The position numbers and the translations under genes were made by a program. The notes below the pieces were generated by a model. The model was not told the origin of the DNA, searched no databases, and saw only the letters and a program-made list of their open reading frames with translations. Source: an uncultured Phycisphaerales bacterium (GTDB taxonomy: Bacteria > Planctomycetota > Phycisphaerae > Sedimentisphaerales > Anaerobacaceae). Taken from it: DNA of 64,000 bases. The DNA is taken from positions 544,001 through 608,000 of the forward strand of contig CAVYYI010000001.1 in NCBI GenBank assembly GCA_963772725.1, written 5' to 3'. Of the stretch, positions 12,375 through 22,987 are shown one piece after another (position 1 is the stretch's first letter; each line of letters opens with the position of its first letter).

Positions 12375-14270
12375 TTATGGCTGAGGCATATCCTTAAACT
12401 CGATGAAGAATCCGTCGGGCCTGCTGATTGCGTACATTGTGGAGATGCCGAAATATTTTTTGACAACGCTGAAGTCCGGCAGCAGGGCGGGATTGAAAAA
12501 TTCCTTGAAGACCATTGGGCCTGCGACGCTGTACGGGCTGGTGGTATTGGTTTTAGCGGTTTCCTTGAGGAACCACCAGAGGAACTCCGCGTTGGCGACG
12601 TTGTCTTTTAATGTTATTAAGCCGGTGTCGGATGGAACGGCGGATTTCGCGGCGTTGAACCATTTGGCAGATGTTATTGAGGCCGCGCCAGGTGAGGCGA
12701 GATTTCTTACGGTCTGCTCAATAGTGGCTTCGGTGCTGAAAATTAAATAGGCATCGGTGATGGTGAATGCCATTTTGGGTGGCATAGGCATTGCAGGCGA
12801 AGCGGCAGGTGCTGCGGGGGCGTCCATTTGGTTTATGCCTTGGCGGAAAAATGGCAGACGCGGCAGGTCAACGGTGTAGATTGTGTAGCCGAGAAGCTCC
12901 CGCTTGGCGTTGGGAATTTTCGGGGAAATCAATTTATCGTACAGAGTGGAGAATGATTTTTCGAGAGCGGCTTTATTGTTTACGGATACCGCGACCAGAG
13001 ACTCGGTTGTCTGCGAAGAGAATGAAAACGGTTTATTGATGCTTTGTGTGATGACGATTTGCGAGCCTAAATGGTCAATAAAACCTTCTTTGAGCATTAA
13101 GGTGGGCTGACCGTCTGGGCTTTGAGGAATGAGCGGGATATACATCATAGCGGCATACTGCGGTGAAAAGCTGTTAATGGTGGAAGCAAGCTCTGTGAAG
13201 GCCTTTTTAATATTGAGATTGAGAAAATAAGCGGTGGAGGTCGAAGTTGGAATAAATCCAGGGGTTTTGAAAGATGCAGATTCGAAGTCGAGCATTTTAC
13301 AAACGCCCTTTTTCAGACCGTTAATTTTCAGAAATATTTTGCCTGAAACGGAGCTGCCGGGATTGCGTGCCAGGCCAACCGAGCAGCCCAGTGAAGCGAC
13401 ATTATCGAAACCGAGATTGGTTATCGCGGATTTTACCTCGCCGGAAGTGTCCTCTTCAGCGGCGCTTTTGATTAGCTGCTTTATATTAACGTATAAATCA
13501 ACATCGTGATAGGGGCCGGCGGCCTTGAGGGTTGTGTTATAATCGTCATCAGCGGCGAGAGTCGGGCTTTGGGCGCCTTTGATATGGGCGATGGCGAACT
13601 TGAGCAGTTCCACATTTGGGCAGACCAGCAGGCAATCGTCAATGAGGCAGTAATTTACAACAACGGGTTCGGGCTGGAAAGTTTTAGTTGGTATATTGGT
13701 TTGATTTCCATCAGGATTATAATTTTCAAAGTCGGGGACTTTTTGGGGCGGCAGCTCCTTAATCAAAGTTGTGATATTTACGCCGTGATACTCTTCGGCG
13801 GGTTTGCGGCGAAAGCCCTGCGTGATAATTTTTTCGACGGTCTTGTCGATAGCCTGTTTGACTTTTGGAAGGTTTTCGCCCCATTGAGAAACGGCAATGA
13901 CGTCCGGTTCGCCGTTTTTAGACGCTTTGTTGATTACAAAGGCGACGGCGAGCCTCTGCTGAGGCAGCACATTGGCATCGGAAATCGTCTTGTAAAATTC
14001 GTTTTTATCCTGTTCTGAGAGTTTTTTCAGCCAGCTTTTTTTTGTGTCTTCGACAAAGGCCGCCATCGCGGGGTCTTTGTAGAGTTTGTAGTAGCTGGTT
14101 TTTTCAAACTGCGTCTTTGTCTGGCTGAAATTGTCAATATCGACAAGGAGTATCGTTTCCGGCGGCAAAATAGCCGCGGTCTTGGGCAGGGTCAGGGCAT
14201 CAGCGGCACTGTGACCGAATAAAAAAGTTATGCTAATGGCGATGATTGTCAGTTTGAGAATGTTTTTCAT
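12375..14270 (-). CDS. Exported hypothetical protein (DUF3352-like planctomycete family)
   Basis: 631-aa ORF with signal peptide; C-terminal LPDFSVVKKYFG; family assignment from recall only. Confidence 0.6.
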   Translation of the reverse strand: MKNILKLTIIAISITFLFGHSAADALTLPKTAAILPPETILLVDIDNFSQTKTQFEKTSYYKLYKDPAMAAFVEDTKKSWLKKLSEQDKNEFYKTISDANVLPQQRLAVAFVINKASKNGEPDVIAVSQWGENLPKVKQAIDKTVEKIITQGFRRKPAEEYHGVNITTLIKELPPQKVPDFENYNPDGNQTNIPTKTFQPEPVVVNYCLIDDCLLVCPNVELLKFAIAHIKGAQSPTLAADDDYNTTLKAAGPYHDVDLYVNIKQLIKSAAEEDTSGEVKSAITNLGFDNVASLGCSVGLARNPGSSVSGKIFLKINGLKKGVCKMLDFESASFKTPGFIPTSTSTAYFLNLNIKKAFTELASTINSFSPQYAAMMYIPLIPQSPDGQPTLMLKEGFIDHLGSQIVITQSINKPFSFSSQTTESLVAVSVNNKAALEKSFSTLYDKLISPKIPNAKRELLGYTIYTVDLPRLPFFRQGINQMDAPAAPAASPAMPMPPKMAFTITDAYLIFSTEATIEQTVRNLASPGAASITSAKWFNAAKSAVPSDTGLITLKDNVANAEFLWWFLKETAKTNTTSPYSVAGPMVFKEFFNPALLPDFSVVKKYFGISTMYAISRPDGFFIEFKDMPQP

Positions 14271-14300
14271 TTAGGAACCTTTCTGGAACTAAATTGTATA

Positions 14301-15308
14301 TTATTTCTCCTGCGGTTTTTGCTCAGAGGCATTTTGCCGGAGATGATTTCTTTTTCCGTCCGGCTGAACGTATCTGACGCCGGAGTTGGGATTATCCTTA
14401 TCGTAGGCGAATGCGTCGCGATTTTCGATGAAGTGTTTGACGTAGCTTACAGGGATGGCAAAGCCGAGACCGCCGAAGAAGATATAACCCATGTTGGTAA
14501 CGCCGATGACCTCACCGGCGAGGTTGAACAGCGGGCCGCCTGAGTTCCCGGGATTAATCGCGGCGTTGGTCTGGAGATATATAAGCCCCTCAAAGGCCCT
14601 GTTTTTTGTGCTTATAACGCCGTCGGTTACGGTGCGCTCAAGGCCGAGCGGATTGCCGATGGCGAAAACTTTTTCTCCGACCTTGACTTTGCTGATGTCG
14701 CCGAGCGGAACAAATTTTATCTTCCAGTCGCCGAGGTCTTCGACCTTTAGCATCGCCAGGTCAACAAAAGGATTGATGGCCTCAATCTTGACTTTCTTGA
14801 AAGTTTTTTTCTCGAAGCCGGTAGTTGTTTTTCTAAAAACGGTTACTTCGATTTTCGTTTCCTTTTCGATTACGTGATAGTTGGTTATGAGATAGCCGTT
14901 TAGGTTGAAGAAAAAGCCTGAACCCATCCCGGCGGGGGTGGAGACTTTTACTACAGCTTCGGAAACGGTATCGACGCATTTTTCAAGGGTCATTTTATTC
15001 TGCTCAGCGGTGGTGTATAGCTGATTGGTGTCGCTTATCTGACTTTTAGGTCCCTGTACGCTGTTGGTATCGACGGCGGGTTGCTGAGCCTTTGCGTATT
15101 GGTATTCGAGGATGCTGTCTTTCGGGATGGAAAGAACAGTTACGCCGATATCGATGATTATTTTTGAGTCTTTTTCAGCGAGTATGTCGCCGGAAATGGC
15201 CTGGCCTGTTTTAAGGACCACCGTATCAGCCGAACAGAGGCCGCAAATTACAGCCACCAATAACAGCGATAAGGTAATATGTATAATCGACTTCATAAAT
15301 TTCTCCAA
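14301..15308 (-). CDS. Trypsin-like (S1C/HtrA, no PDZ) serine protease, exported
   Basis: GSGFF, ITNYHVI, DLAMLKV, AIGNPLGL, AAINPGNSGGPL. Confidence 0.92.
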   Translation of the reverse strand: MEKFMKSIIHITLSLLLVAVICGLCSADTVVLKTGQAISGDILAEKDSKIIIDIGVTVLSIPKDSILEYQYAKAQQPAVDTNSVQGPKSQISDTNQLYTTAEQNKMTLEKCVDTVSEAVVKVSTPAGMGSGFFFNLNGYLITNYHVIEKETKIEVTVFRKTTTGFEKKTFKKVKIEAINPFVDLAMLKVEDLGDWKIKFVPLGDISKVKVGEKVFAIGNPLGLERTVTDGVISTKNRAFEGLIYLQTNAAINPGNSGGPLFNLAGEVIGVTNMGYIFFGGLGFAIPVSYVKHFIENRDAFAYDKDNPNSGVRYVQPDGKRNHLRQNASEQKPQEK

Positions 15309-15544
15309 ACATTAGTCGAAAGTTTTTATATCGTTAAAACGTTGGATATATTCTATAAAATTTTGATTTTCAAGGCAAATGGAAAATACCGGTTGAATGC
15401 CGGTATATGGGTGCAGAGTGTTTTTTTTGCTTGCGTTTTAAGGCTATTGGCGGTAAATAGTTAGAAATTAAAGGATATTATATGAAGATTTTACGAGTTG
15501 GGAGCAGTTTAAACCATCATTAATGATTGTCAGGAGAACCGGTA

Positions 15545-16336
15545 ATGATAGGCAAGAAGATAAGACTGGAAAGAATAATAGACCGTAATTCTGGTAAAAC
15601 GGTGATTGTGCCGATGGACCATGGTGTAACGGTTGGGCCAATAGCTGGCCTTGAGGACATGCGGGAGACTATAAGCAGTATTGTGGCAGGCGGGGCAAAC
15701 GCTATTTTGATGCACAAAGGTATTGTGCGGGTGGGACACAGGGGTACGGGCAGTGATGTCGGCCTTATTGTTCATCTTTCCGGCGGTACGACGATGAGTC
15801 CTGACCCGAATGCGAAAGAACTGGTTTGTACGGTGGAAGAGGCTATAAAACTGGGCGCTGACGCGGTATCAATTCATATTAACCTCGGCGCAGAGACGGA
15901 TAAAGAGATGCTCCGGCAGCTCGGTTTTGTAAGCGAGCGGTGTGTGGAATGGCAGATACCGCTTGTAGCGATGATGTACACACGCGGGCAGAAGATAAAG
16001 AATGAGTATGACGTTAATAATGTGAAGCATGCTGCCAGAGTCGGCGCGGAACTCGGGGCAGATATTGTCAAGGTTGTTTATACCGGCAGCGTCGAGAGTT
16101 TCAGAGAAGTGGTACGGGGATGTCCTGTTCCGGTGGTGATTGCGGGCGGGCCTAAGATGGATAGTGACAAGGCTATTTTTAAGATGGTCGAAGAAGCGCT
16201 TAAGGCCGGTGCGGCGGGAATATCGATTGGCAGGAACGCGTTTCAACATAAAAAGCCGACAAAAATGATTGAAGCGCTGAGTAAGATAGTTCATAAAGGT
16301 GCGAATATCGAGCAGGCTATAGCGACGCTGAAATAG
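15545..16336 (+). CDS. 2-amino-3,7-dideoxy-D-threo-hept-6-ulosonate synthase (class I aldolase, MJ0400-like AroA')
   Basis: [42 protein letters not shown]; adjacent to DHQ synthase II. Confidence 0.88.
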   Translation: MIGKKIRLERIIDRNSGKTVIVPMDHGVTVGPIAGLEDMRETISSIVAGGANAILMHKGIVRVGHRGTGSDVGLIVHLSGGTTMSPDPNAKELVCTVEEAIKLGADAVSIHINLGAETDKEMLRQLGFVSERCVEWQIPLVAMMYTRGQKIKNEYDVNNVKHAARVGAELGADIVKVVYTGSVESFREVVRGCPVPVVIAGGPKMDSDKAIFKMVEEALKAGAAGISIGRNAFQHKKPTKMIEALSKIVHKGANIEQAIATLK

Positions 16337-16351
16337 AAAAATGAGGGAAAG

Positions 16352-17347
16352 ATGAAGAAATTTTGGGTCAGGGCGGTTCCTTATAATAAAGAGATAGTCA
16401 TAGCGGCTTTGGAAGGCGGAGCTGAAGCGGTGGTGTTGCCTGACGACGAAAGTGATAAGGTCAGGCAATTTGGCAAAATCAAAACTGTTGAGAAAAATGG
16501 GGATATTGTGCCCGGCAGAGATGTCGAGTTTATAGATATTGCCGGCAAGGCCGATGAGGATAAAGCCGCCGCTGTGCCTGAGGATAAAATCGTAGTGCTT
16601 AGAATGCTCGACTGGACGATTATTCCAATTGAGAATCTTCTCGCGAGGCGCAAGAAGAATATAATGGCAGAGGTGGAGAACAGCAAACAGGCCCGACTTA
16701 TGATTGAGATTCTTGAAAAAGGCGTGGACGGCGTGGTGCTGAATACGACCAGTATAAACGAGATTAAAAAGACCGCGGAAATTGTGGCTGGTGTGAGCGA
16801 AAAAATCGACCTTGTAACAGCGGCGATAACAAACATAAAACAATTGGGGATGGGAGACCGGTCGTGTCTTGATACATGCACGCAGATGGCGGTAGGGGAA
16901 GGAATGCTTATCGGTAATACAGCCAGCGGATTCTTTCTGGTGCATTCGGAATCTATTGATAATCCGTATGTCGCGTCGCGGCCATTCCGGGTTAATGCGG
17001 GGGCGGTTCACGCATACACTTTGACGCCCGGCGAAAAGACAAAATATCTTGCCGATCTTAAGGCGGGCGATGAAGTGATGCTTGTAAATTTCAAAGGAAA
17101 TACCCAGACCGCTTATCTCGGCAGGAACAAGATAGAGAAACGTCCGATGATGCTAATCGAAGCCCAGGCACAGGGACAGAACATCAGTCTTGTGATGCAG
17201 AATGCCGAAACGATTCGTCTTGTTTCGCCGAATGGAGACGCGGTTTCCGTAACGAGCCTAAAACAGGGCGATAAGGTGCTTGCTCATATCGAAAAGGCAG
17301 GCAGGCATTTCGGGATGCAGGTAGAAGAAACGCTGATTGAGAGGTAG
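16352..17347 (+). CDS. 3-dehydroquinate synthase II (MJ1249-like AroB')
   Basis: DWTIIPIENL, GMGDRSCLDT, PYVASRPFRVNAGAVHAY, QNAETIRL, GRHFGM. Confidence 0.93.
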   Translation: MKKFWVRAVPYNKEIVIAALEGGAEAVVLPDDESDKVRQFGKIKTVEKNGDIVPGRDVEFIDIAGKADEDKAAAVPEDKIVVLRMLDWTIIPIENLLARRKKNIMAEVENSKQARLMIEILEKGVDGVVLNTTSINEIKKTAEIVAGVSEKIDLVTAAITNIKQLGMGDRSCLDTCTQMAVGEGMLIGNTASGFFLVHSESIDNPYVASRPFRVNAGAVHAYTLTPGEKTKYLADLKAGDEVMLVNFKGNTQTAYLGRNKIEKRPMMLIEAQAQGQNISLVMQNAETIRLVSPNGDAVSVTSLKQGDKVLAHIEKAGRHFGMQVEETLIER

Positions 17348-17351
17348 AAAT

Positions 17352-17789
17352 ATGGATGGAAGCGATATAATTAGTGTTGTTTTAGCGTTTGTGTTGGGTG
17401 GGGTTATTGGGCTTGAAAGGCAGTTAAGCGGCAAGGCCGCAGGTCTGCGAACCAACCTGTTAATATGCCTCGGAGCAGCGGTTTTTACGATAATTTCAAA
17501 ACAGATGGCAGGCGCAAACGATTCAGTTACAAGAATAGCTGCTCAGATTGTTACGGGGGTGGGTTTTCTGGGTGCTGGCGCCATCATTCGCGACAGGGGC
17601 GGAATTCACGGTTTGACCACTGCCGCAACAATCTGGCTTGTCGCCAGTATCGGAGTCGCCTGCGGCGCAGGTAAGTATCCTCTGGCGGGCATAACAACAT
17701 TGATAGCAATTATTATACTGCTTGGTCTGCGGCCTCTGGAAAAACACATCGACCGCCACACAAACGGCAAAAAGAGGGATAACGTCTAA
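17352..17789 (+). CDS. MgtC/SapB family membrane protein
   Basis: IGLERQLSGKAAGLRT, RIAAQIVTGVGFLGAG, GLTTAATIW. Confidence 0.92.
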   Translation: MDGSDIISVVLAFVLGGVIGLERQLSGKAAGLRTNLLICLGAAVFTIISKQMAGANDSVTRIAAQIVTGVGFLGAGAIIRDRGGIHGLTTAATIWLVASIGVACGAGKYPLAGITTLIAIIILLGLRPLEKHIDRHTNGKKRDNV

Positions 17790-17797
17790 ACCTGAAC

Positions 17798-18280
17798 TTA
17801 TTCAGCTTTTGTCATTTGCGTTTGTTTTTCTATTTCACTTAAATACGCCAGGGTGCGTTCGAGTTTATCACTGAGGTGCTTTAGTTTAAGCATTATTTTA
17901 ACGCGGGTCAGGAGTTCAAGTTTGTTGACAGGCTTGCTGATAAAATCATCGGTACCGGAATCGATGCCGCGTTCGATATCGCCGAATTCATTCAGTGCGG
18001 TAACCATTATTATGGGTATGTCAGCGGTTTTAGAGTCGTTTTTTAACCTTTTGCAGACCTCGAAACCGCTCATTTTTGGCATCATAACATCAAGCAGTAC
18101 CAAATCAGGCGCCTTTTTGGCGATAAGTTCAAGCGCCTCGAGTCCGTCTCGGGCAGGTACCGTCTTACAGTCCATATCTTCAAGGTAAGCCTGCAGCAGT
18201 TCGAGGTTCTGCTGGTTATCGTCAACAACCATTATTACGGGTTTTGTCCTTTTATCTTTTTCGATGTCGAATCGTTTCAT
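17798..18280 (-). CDS. Response regulator receiver protein with short C-terminal coiled coil
   Basis: VVDD, LLDVMMPKMSG, MVTAL, FISKPVN. Confidence 0.9.
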   Translation of the reverse strand: MKRFDIEKDKRTKPVIMVVDDNQQNLELLQAYLEDMDCKTVPARDGLEALELIAKKAPDLVLLDVMMPKMSGFEVCKRLKNDSKTADIPIIMVTALNEFGDIERGIDSGTDDFISKPVNKLELLTRVKIMLKLKHLSDKLERTLAYLSEIEKQTQMTKAE

Positions 18281-18357
18281 AGCAAGTTAGCTCCTATTTA
18301 ATCAGGTTTATGCGGTAATGATAATGGATTTTGCGGCGGACCGCAAGTAGAACGAGA

Positions 18358-18621
18358 TTAATTTTTGCCGCCGAATTTTTCAATAAATTCCCGGACTTCC
18401 GGGCGGATGTAAATTTTTTCTATATTAACAAGTTTTGAAATAGCCTCGGCACATAGAGCGGCCATTTCCGCAGCGGAAGCCTGCGTGTCGACGAAAAAAA
18501 ACTTCTCCCCTTTTATTGCGCAAAGTCCGCCGCCGTTTCCGCCGAGAGGTTCGGTACGAATTTTGACGGCATTAGCTTCAAGCAGCGACAGGAGTTCGTC
18601 TAAAATTGTTTGGGTATTCAT
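18358..18621 (-). CDS. Small hypothetical protein
   Basis: 87-aa ORF overlapping the upstream stop; GGGLCAIKG and IYIRPEVREFIE motifs. Confidence 0.7.
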   Translation of the reverse strand: MNTQTILDELLSLLEANAVKIRTEPLGGNGGGLCAIKGEKFFFVDTQASAAEMAALCAEAISKLVNIEKIYIRPEVREFIEKFGGKN

Positions 18622-20585
18622 TTAGTATTAGTGGAGTTATTATTTCCAATATACTCCGGTATGAGTTCTTTTACTTTTTGGGCTATTAGTAAATGGTCCT
18701 GGGATTGAGCGACGGTGAGCAGTTCGTCTATGCTGGCGTACAGTTTCTTCCTGTCTATCGGGATATTTTTCCATATAGCGATTTTAGGATGTCTTGTTGC
18801 CTGCATATCTTCGCCTTTTATGGAAAGCTCTTCAAAGAGTTTTTCGCCCGGTCTTGTGCCGGTAAAAGTGATTTCAATATCTTCACTGGGTCTAAAACCG
18901 CTCAGGGTAATCAGTTCTCTGGCGAGGTCAACAATTTTGACGGGTTCACCCATATCAAGGACGAAGATTTCGCCGCCATTACCCATTGCGGCGGCCTGTA
19001 AAACCAACTGGCTTGCTTCCGGTATGGTCATAAAATATCGCTTCATTTCAGGGTGTGTAACGGTAACCGGGCCGCCGCGAGCTATTTGACTCTTGAAAAT
19101 CGGCACGACAGAACCGTTGGAATCAAGAACATTGCCGAACCGTACTGTGATAAAGTGTGTGCTGCTGGTCTGGTTTAAATCCTGAATATACATTTCGGCG
19201 ATTCGTTTTGAAGAGCCCATAAGGCTGGTAGGGTTGACGGCCTTGTCGGTGCTAATCATGACGAAGTGCGTTGCGCCATACTTATCCGCGGAGTCGGCTA
19301 TGTTTCTTGTGCCAAGCACATTATTTTTGAATGCTTCGCCGGGATTAGTCTCCATAAGCGGAACGTGTTTGTGTGCCGCGGCATGGATAACAATTTGAGG
19401 TTTGAATTTATCGAAAATCTGTTCAACCCGCAATTTGTCGGTAATATCGCAGATAACAGCCTTCAAAGCCACTTTTGGGGATTGTTCTTTCAGTTCCCGC
19501 TCAATAAAAAACAAGGGATTTTCCGCCTGCTCGACGAGGAGAAGCAAACGCGGACCAAAATTGCATACCTGCCTGCACATTTCCGAACCGATAGAGCCGC
19601 CGGCGCCTGTAATAAGGATGGTTTTATCTTTGACAAATTCTTTTATCAGGTCGATATCGAGCTGAACGGCTTCCCTGCCGAGCAAATCGTTGATGCTGAC
19701 ATCCCTGATTTGGGAAACCCGAAGTTTCCCTGAGGCGATATCTGTAATGGATGGAATAGTTCGGAAGTGAATTTTAATACCCTGGCATACCTGAATGACC
19801 CGCCTTAGCTGTTGAGGTGTTGCTGAAGGCATCGCGATGGCGATTTCCTCTATATTGTAATCCTTGCAGATTTTAGGCAATTGGTCTACGGTTCCAAGAA
19901 CCGGTACACCATGTATATCGATACCCCGTTTGATGGGGGAATCGTCGACAAAACCAATCACATCGTACTGGGCGACGGACATACGATGAATTTCCCGCAG
20001 GAGAGCTTCACCGGCATTTCCCGCACCTGCTATTAAAAGGCGTTTAAGCCGAGCGCCTTCGACTATTCGAAACTCTTCATAGTATAATCTCACGGCTATT
20101 CGCAGACCTGCCAGGAGCAGGATTGTGGCGAACATATCGAGCAAAAACACAGATTGTTGGATGTCTGGGATGCCTTGAAGAATTTTTATGTCTTCAAATG
20201 CCCTGCGAATCGGAGTAATGTTTATTGAAGTAAACCACAGAAACGCGAATATCAATGTGCTTACAAGTGAAGCGGCGGTAATTCCGGTTAAATCGTTTAT
20301 GCCCGCGTATCGCCACCAACCCCTATATTGCTTAAAAAACGCGAATATGATGAGCTTAATTATAATAGCTGCCAATAATAAAAAAGGATACTGCTCTGTA
20401 ACCCATGTAAGTTTAAACTGCATATTGTTGGTCAGTAGAAAAGAAATCAGAAGAGAAATGGCAAAAGCGGCAATATGGGTAAGCACAATGAAAAATTTGC
20501 GATGGCTAAGCAGCTTTGAAGGCGGCATAGAAACACTTAACTGACTTTTTATTTCAGGTTTTTTATCTGTATTTGAATCTGTCAT
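18618..20585 (-). CDS. CapD/PglF/WbpM-like membrane-bound UDP-GlcNAc 4,6-dehydratase
   Basis: N-terminal TM helices; ITGAGGSIGSE, HAAAHKHVP, ISTDKAVNPT, VRFGNVL, RYFMTIPEA, RPGEKLFEEL. Confidence 0.93.
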   Translation of the reverse strand: MTDSNTDKKPEIKSQLSVSMPPSKLLSHRKFFIVLTHIAAFAISLLISFLLTNNMQFKLTWVTEQYPFLLLAAIIIKLIIFAFFKQYRGWWRYAGINDLTGITAASLVSTLIFAFLWFTSINITPIRRAFEDIKILQGIPDIQQSVFLLDMFATILLLAGLRIAVRLYYEEFRIVEGARLKRLLIAGAGNAGEALLREIHRMSVAQYDVIGFVDDSPIKRGIDIHGVPVLGTVDQLPKICKDYNIEEIAIAMPSATPQQLRRVIQVCQGIKIHFRTIPSITDIASGKLRVSQIRDVSINDLLGREAVQLDIDLIKEFVKDKTILITGAGGSIGSEMCRQVCNFGPRLLLLVEQAENPLFFIERELKEQSPKVALKAVICDITDKLRVEQIFDKFKPQIVIHAAAHKHVPLMETNPGEAFKNNVLGTRNIADSADKYGATHFVMISTDKAVNPTSLMGSSKRIAEMYIQDLNQTSSTHFITVRFGNVLDSNGSVVPIFKSQIARGGPVTVTHPEMKRYFMTIPEASQLVLQAAAMGNGGEIFVLDMGEPVKIVDLARELITLSGFRPSEDIEITFTGTRPGEKLFEELSIKGEDMQATRHPKIAIWKNIPIDRKKLYASIDELLTVAQSQDHLLIAQKVKELIPEYIGNNNSTNTK

Positions 20586-20826
20586 AGTTTAATTAATAAG
20601 ATATTCTTATAATCTTAACTATCAGTTTAACAATAGTTTCGCCCAGTGTCAATAAACAGAAATTTGCCGGTTATCAAATATTTTTTTTGTCTCGAAATAA
20701 AATTCTTGACAAGTTAAGAGAAATATATAATCTCTGGTTCAAAAACGGTAACTTGGGATGTTTGAACAAGTTAGGTTGTTCAATAAAGTATTTTTATTTA
20801 ATTAATGGATTTAAAAAGGGTTGAGT

Positions 20827-21102
20827 ATGTACGAAGTAAAAACAGAAGAAATGGGAACTTTGGCTGTGATTGGAATGGTTGCAGAAATTATTGATGAATC
20901 TATCCTGTTGTCTGACGGTGAAACCGCCGAAATAAGTCGGTTTTCAGTCGATGATGACGAAGATGATTTAGACTACGACGAAGATGAGGATGAAGACGAA
21001 GATGAGGAAGAGGATGAAGATGAGGATGAAGATGAGTTTTACGACGAAGATGAGGATGAAGATGATTTCGATGATGATTTAGACGAGGATGACAAATACT
21101 GA
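20827..21102 (+). CDS. Small, extremely acidic protein
   Basis: ORF ending in about 50 residues that are almost all D/E; TTGACA upstream at 20706 and a terminator downstream. Confidence 0.65.
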   Translation: MYEVKTEEMGTLAVIGMVAEIIDESILLSDGETAEISRFSVDDDEDDLDYDEDEDEDEDEEEDEDEDEDEFYDEDEDEDDFDDDLDEDDKY

Positions 21103-21136
21103 GAGCGAATCTTTGTCGCGACAACGGTTTATCAAT

Positions 21137-21174
21137 AACGCTCAGTCGTCATATATCGGCTGAGCGTTTTTTTT
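21137..21174 (+). terminator. Rho-independent terminator
   Basis: AACGCTCAGTCG-loop-CGGCTGAGCGTT followed by a T tract. Confidence 0.8.
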
Positions 21175-21177
21175 ACA

Positions 21178-21760
21178 ATGAGAATAATAGCCGGCACAAA
21201 ACGAGGAATGACGCTTCTAAGCCCGAAGACCTATGATTCCCGGCCTTATACCGATAGAGTCAAAGAGTCGGTTTTTAATGTTCTGTATAAATATAATCTT
21301 CTCGAAGGCCGAAGAGTAGCGGATGTATTTTGCGGTGTCGGTTCTATGGGGCTGGAGTCCTTGAGCCGTGGAGCCGCATTTGCCGCGTTCGTAGAAAAAG
21401 ACCCGAGAACAATTGCCGTTCTTAAACAGAATATCGAAAAGGCGGGTTTTGTTCAGCAGTCGAAAATCGTAAGGGGTAATGCGTTTAAAATCGGCGCCGG
21501 TTGAACCGGGAAGCGATAAATACAGCATTATTTTTGTTGACCCGCCTTATATTTTGTCTAATGATGTTGGACTGGAATCACAACTGGGCGGGCTGCTGGC
21601 AATACTGCCGGAGCAGTTGACTGGCGACGGGATAGTTCTTGTCCGAACGCATAAAGCTACGGAAATTCTTGAAAAGTACGGGCGATTGAAGATAATAGAG
21701 CGGCGTGTCTGGGGAAATATGGCGGTAGCAATATTACGGCAAAGCAATGACGAGCAGTAA
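21178..21760 (+). CDS. rsmD: 16S rRNA m2G966 methyltransferase (one frameshift near 21500)
   Basis: MRIIAG, RPYTDRVKESVFN, DVFCGVGSMGLESLSRGA, IIFVDPPY. Confidence 0.9.
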
Positions 21761-22967
21761 AAAAGCGGCGATAAAAATAATAGAACGGCTGCACGGCAGA
21801 GGCTTCGAAGCCATGCTGGCGGGAGGATGTGTTCGCGATATGCTGCTGGACAGGGTCGCCAAGGATTTCGATGTTGCCACAAACGCGACACCGCAGGAGG
21901 TAATCAGACTTTTTAGCCGTACGTTAAAAGTCGGCGCAAAATTCGGCGTGGTGATAGTCTTGACTGATGATGTGCAAGTGGAGGTTGCTACGTTCAGGAC
22001 TGAGACGGGCTACGTTGATGGCAGGCATCCAGATGCTGTCAGGTTTGCATCTGCAAAGGAAGACGCGAGCAGAAGAGATTTTACAATTAATGGAATGTTT
22101 TATGACCCTGTAACGAATGAGGTTATTGATTACGTTGGCGGACAGGATGACCTTAAAAAGAAAATCGTCAGGACGATAGGTAATCCTGAAGAGCGGTTCA
22201 GCGAAGATTATCTGCGGATGCTGCGAGCGGTGAGATTTTCCGCTCAGTTGGGATTTGAAATTGAATCCCGCACGTGGGAGGCCATCCGCGGGCAGGCAGA
22301 GAACATAAAAAAAATAAGCGGTGAACGGATAGCGATGGAACTTGAGGGTATTTTGACCGCTATGAATCATTCTAAAGGTGCGGAGATGTTGTTAAAAAGC
22401 GGGTTGGCGGGTGCGATTTTTCCCGGCTTTGAAGGCCAGGCTGCCGAATTTGGCATCAAGGTGCTTGGCAAATTGAAAGGGAGTATAAATCCGGCGTTGG
22501 GATTGGCAGGATTTTTCGCCGGATATGACACTAACTTTACGATGGAAAAATGCAGAATTTTGAAATTGAGCAGAAATCGCCTTAAACATATAAAGTTTTT
22601 ACTTGGCAACAGGGCAGCGCTGCTGGATGAAACGATGTCGCTGGCCAAATTGAAAAAGATTTTAGCCGAGCCTTATTTTGAAGATTTGCTTGAACTTGAA
22701 GGGGCTATACAGAAGGTTAAACCTGATGGAAAGAAAGGCAAATCCGCATTGGCTGGCCTCAAAAAACGGATAAAAACGCTTGGCTGTGTCGAATTAAGGC
22801 CTAAACCCCTGCTTGATGGCCACGCCCTTATCAGGTTGGGCGCAGCGCCCGGGCCGGCGGTCGGCAGACTTGCGGATGAGATGTACACCGCTCAACTCGA
22901 GGGCGACCTGAAAACTCCCGAACAGGCTGAACAATGGGTTCGTAATTGCTTGAAGAAACAGCAATAA
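21747..22967 (+). CDS. cca: CCA tRNA nucleotidyltransferase / poly(A) polymerase family
   Basis: AGGCVRDMLL, DFDVAT, EVATFR, RRDFTING, RFSEDYLRMLRAVRF. Confidence 0.85.
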   Translation: MTSSKKAAIKIIERLHGRGFEAMLAGGCVRDMLLDRVAKDFDVATNATPQEVIRLFSRTLKVGAKFGVVIVLTDDVQVEVATFRTETGYVDGRHPDAVRFASAKEDASRRDFTINGMFYDPVTNEVIDYVGGQDDLKKKIVRTIGNPEERFSEDYLRMLRAVRFSAQLGFEIESRTWEAIRGQAENIKKISGERIAMELEGILTAMNHSKGAEMLLKSGLAGAIFPGFEGQAAEFGIKVLGKLKGSINPALGLAGFFAGYDTNFTMEKCRILKLSRNRLKHIKFLLGNRAALLDETMSLAKLKKILAEPYFEDLLELEGAIQKVKPDGKKGKSALAGLKKRIKTLGCVELRPKPLLDGHALIRLGAAPGPAVGRLADEMYTAQLEGDLKTPEQAEQWVRNCLKKQQ

Positions 22968-22987
22968 AATTTAATGAGAAATAACCT

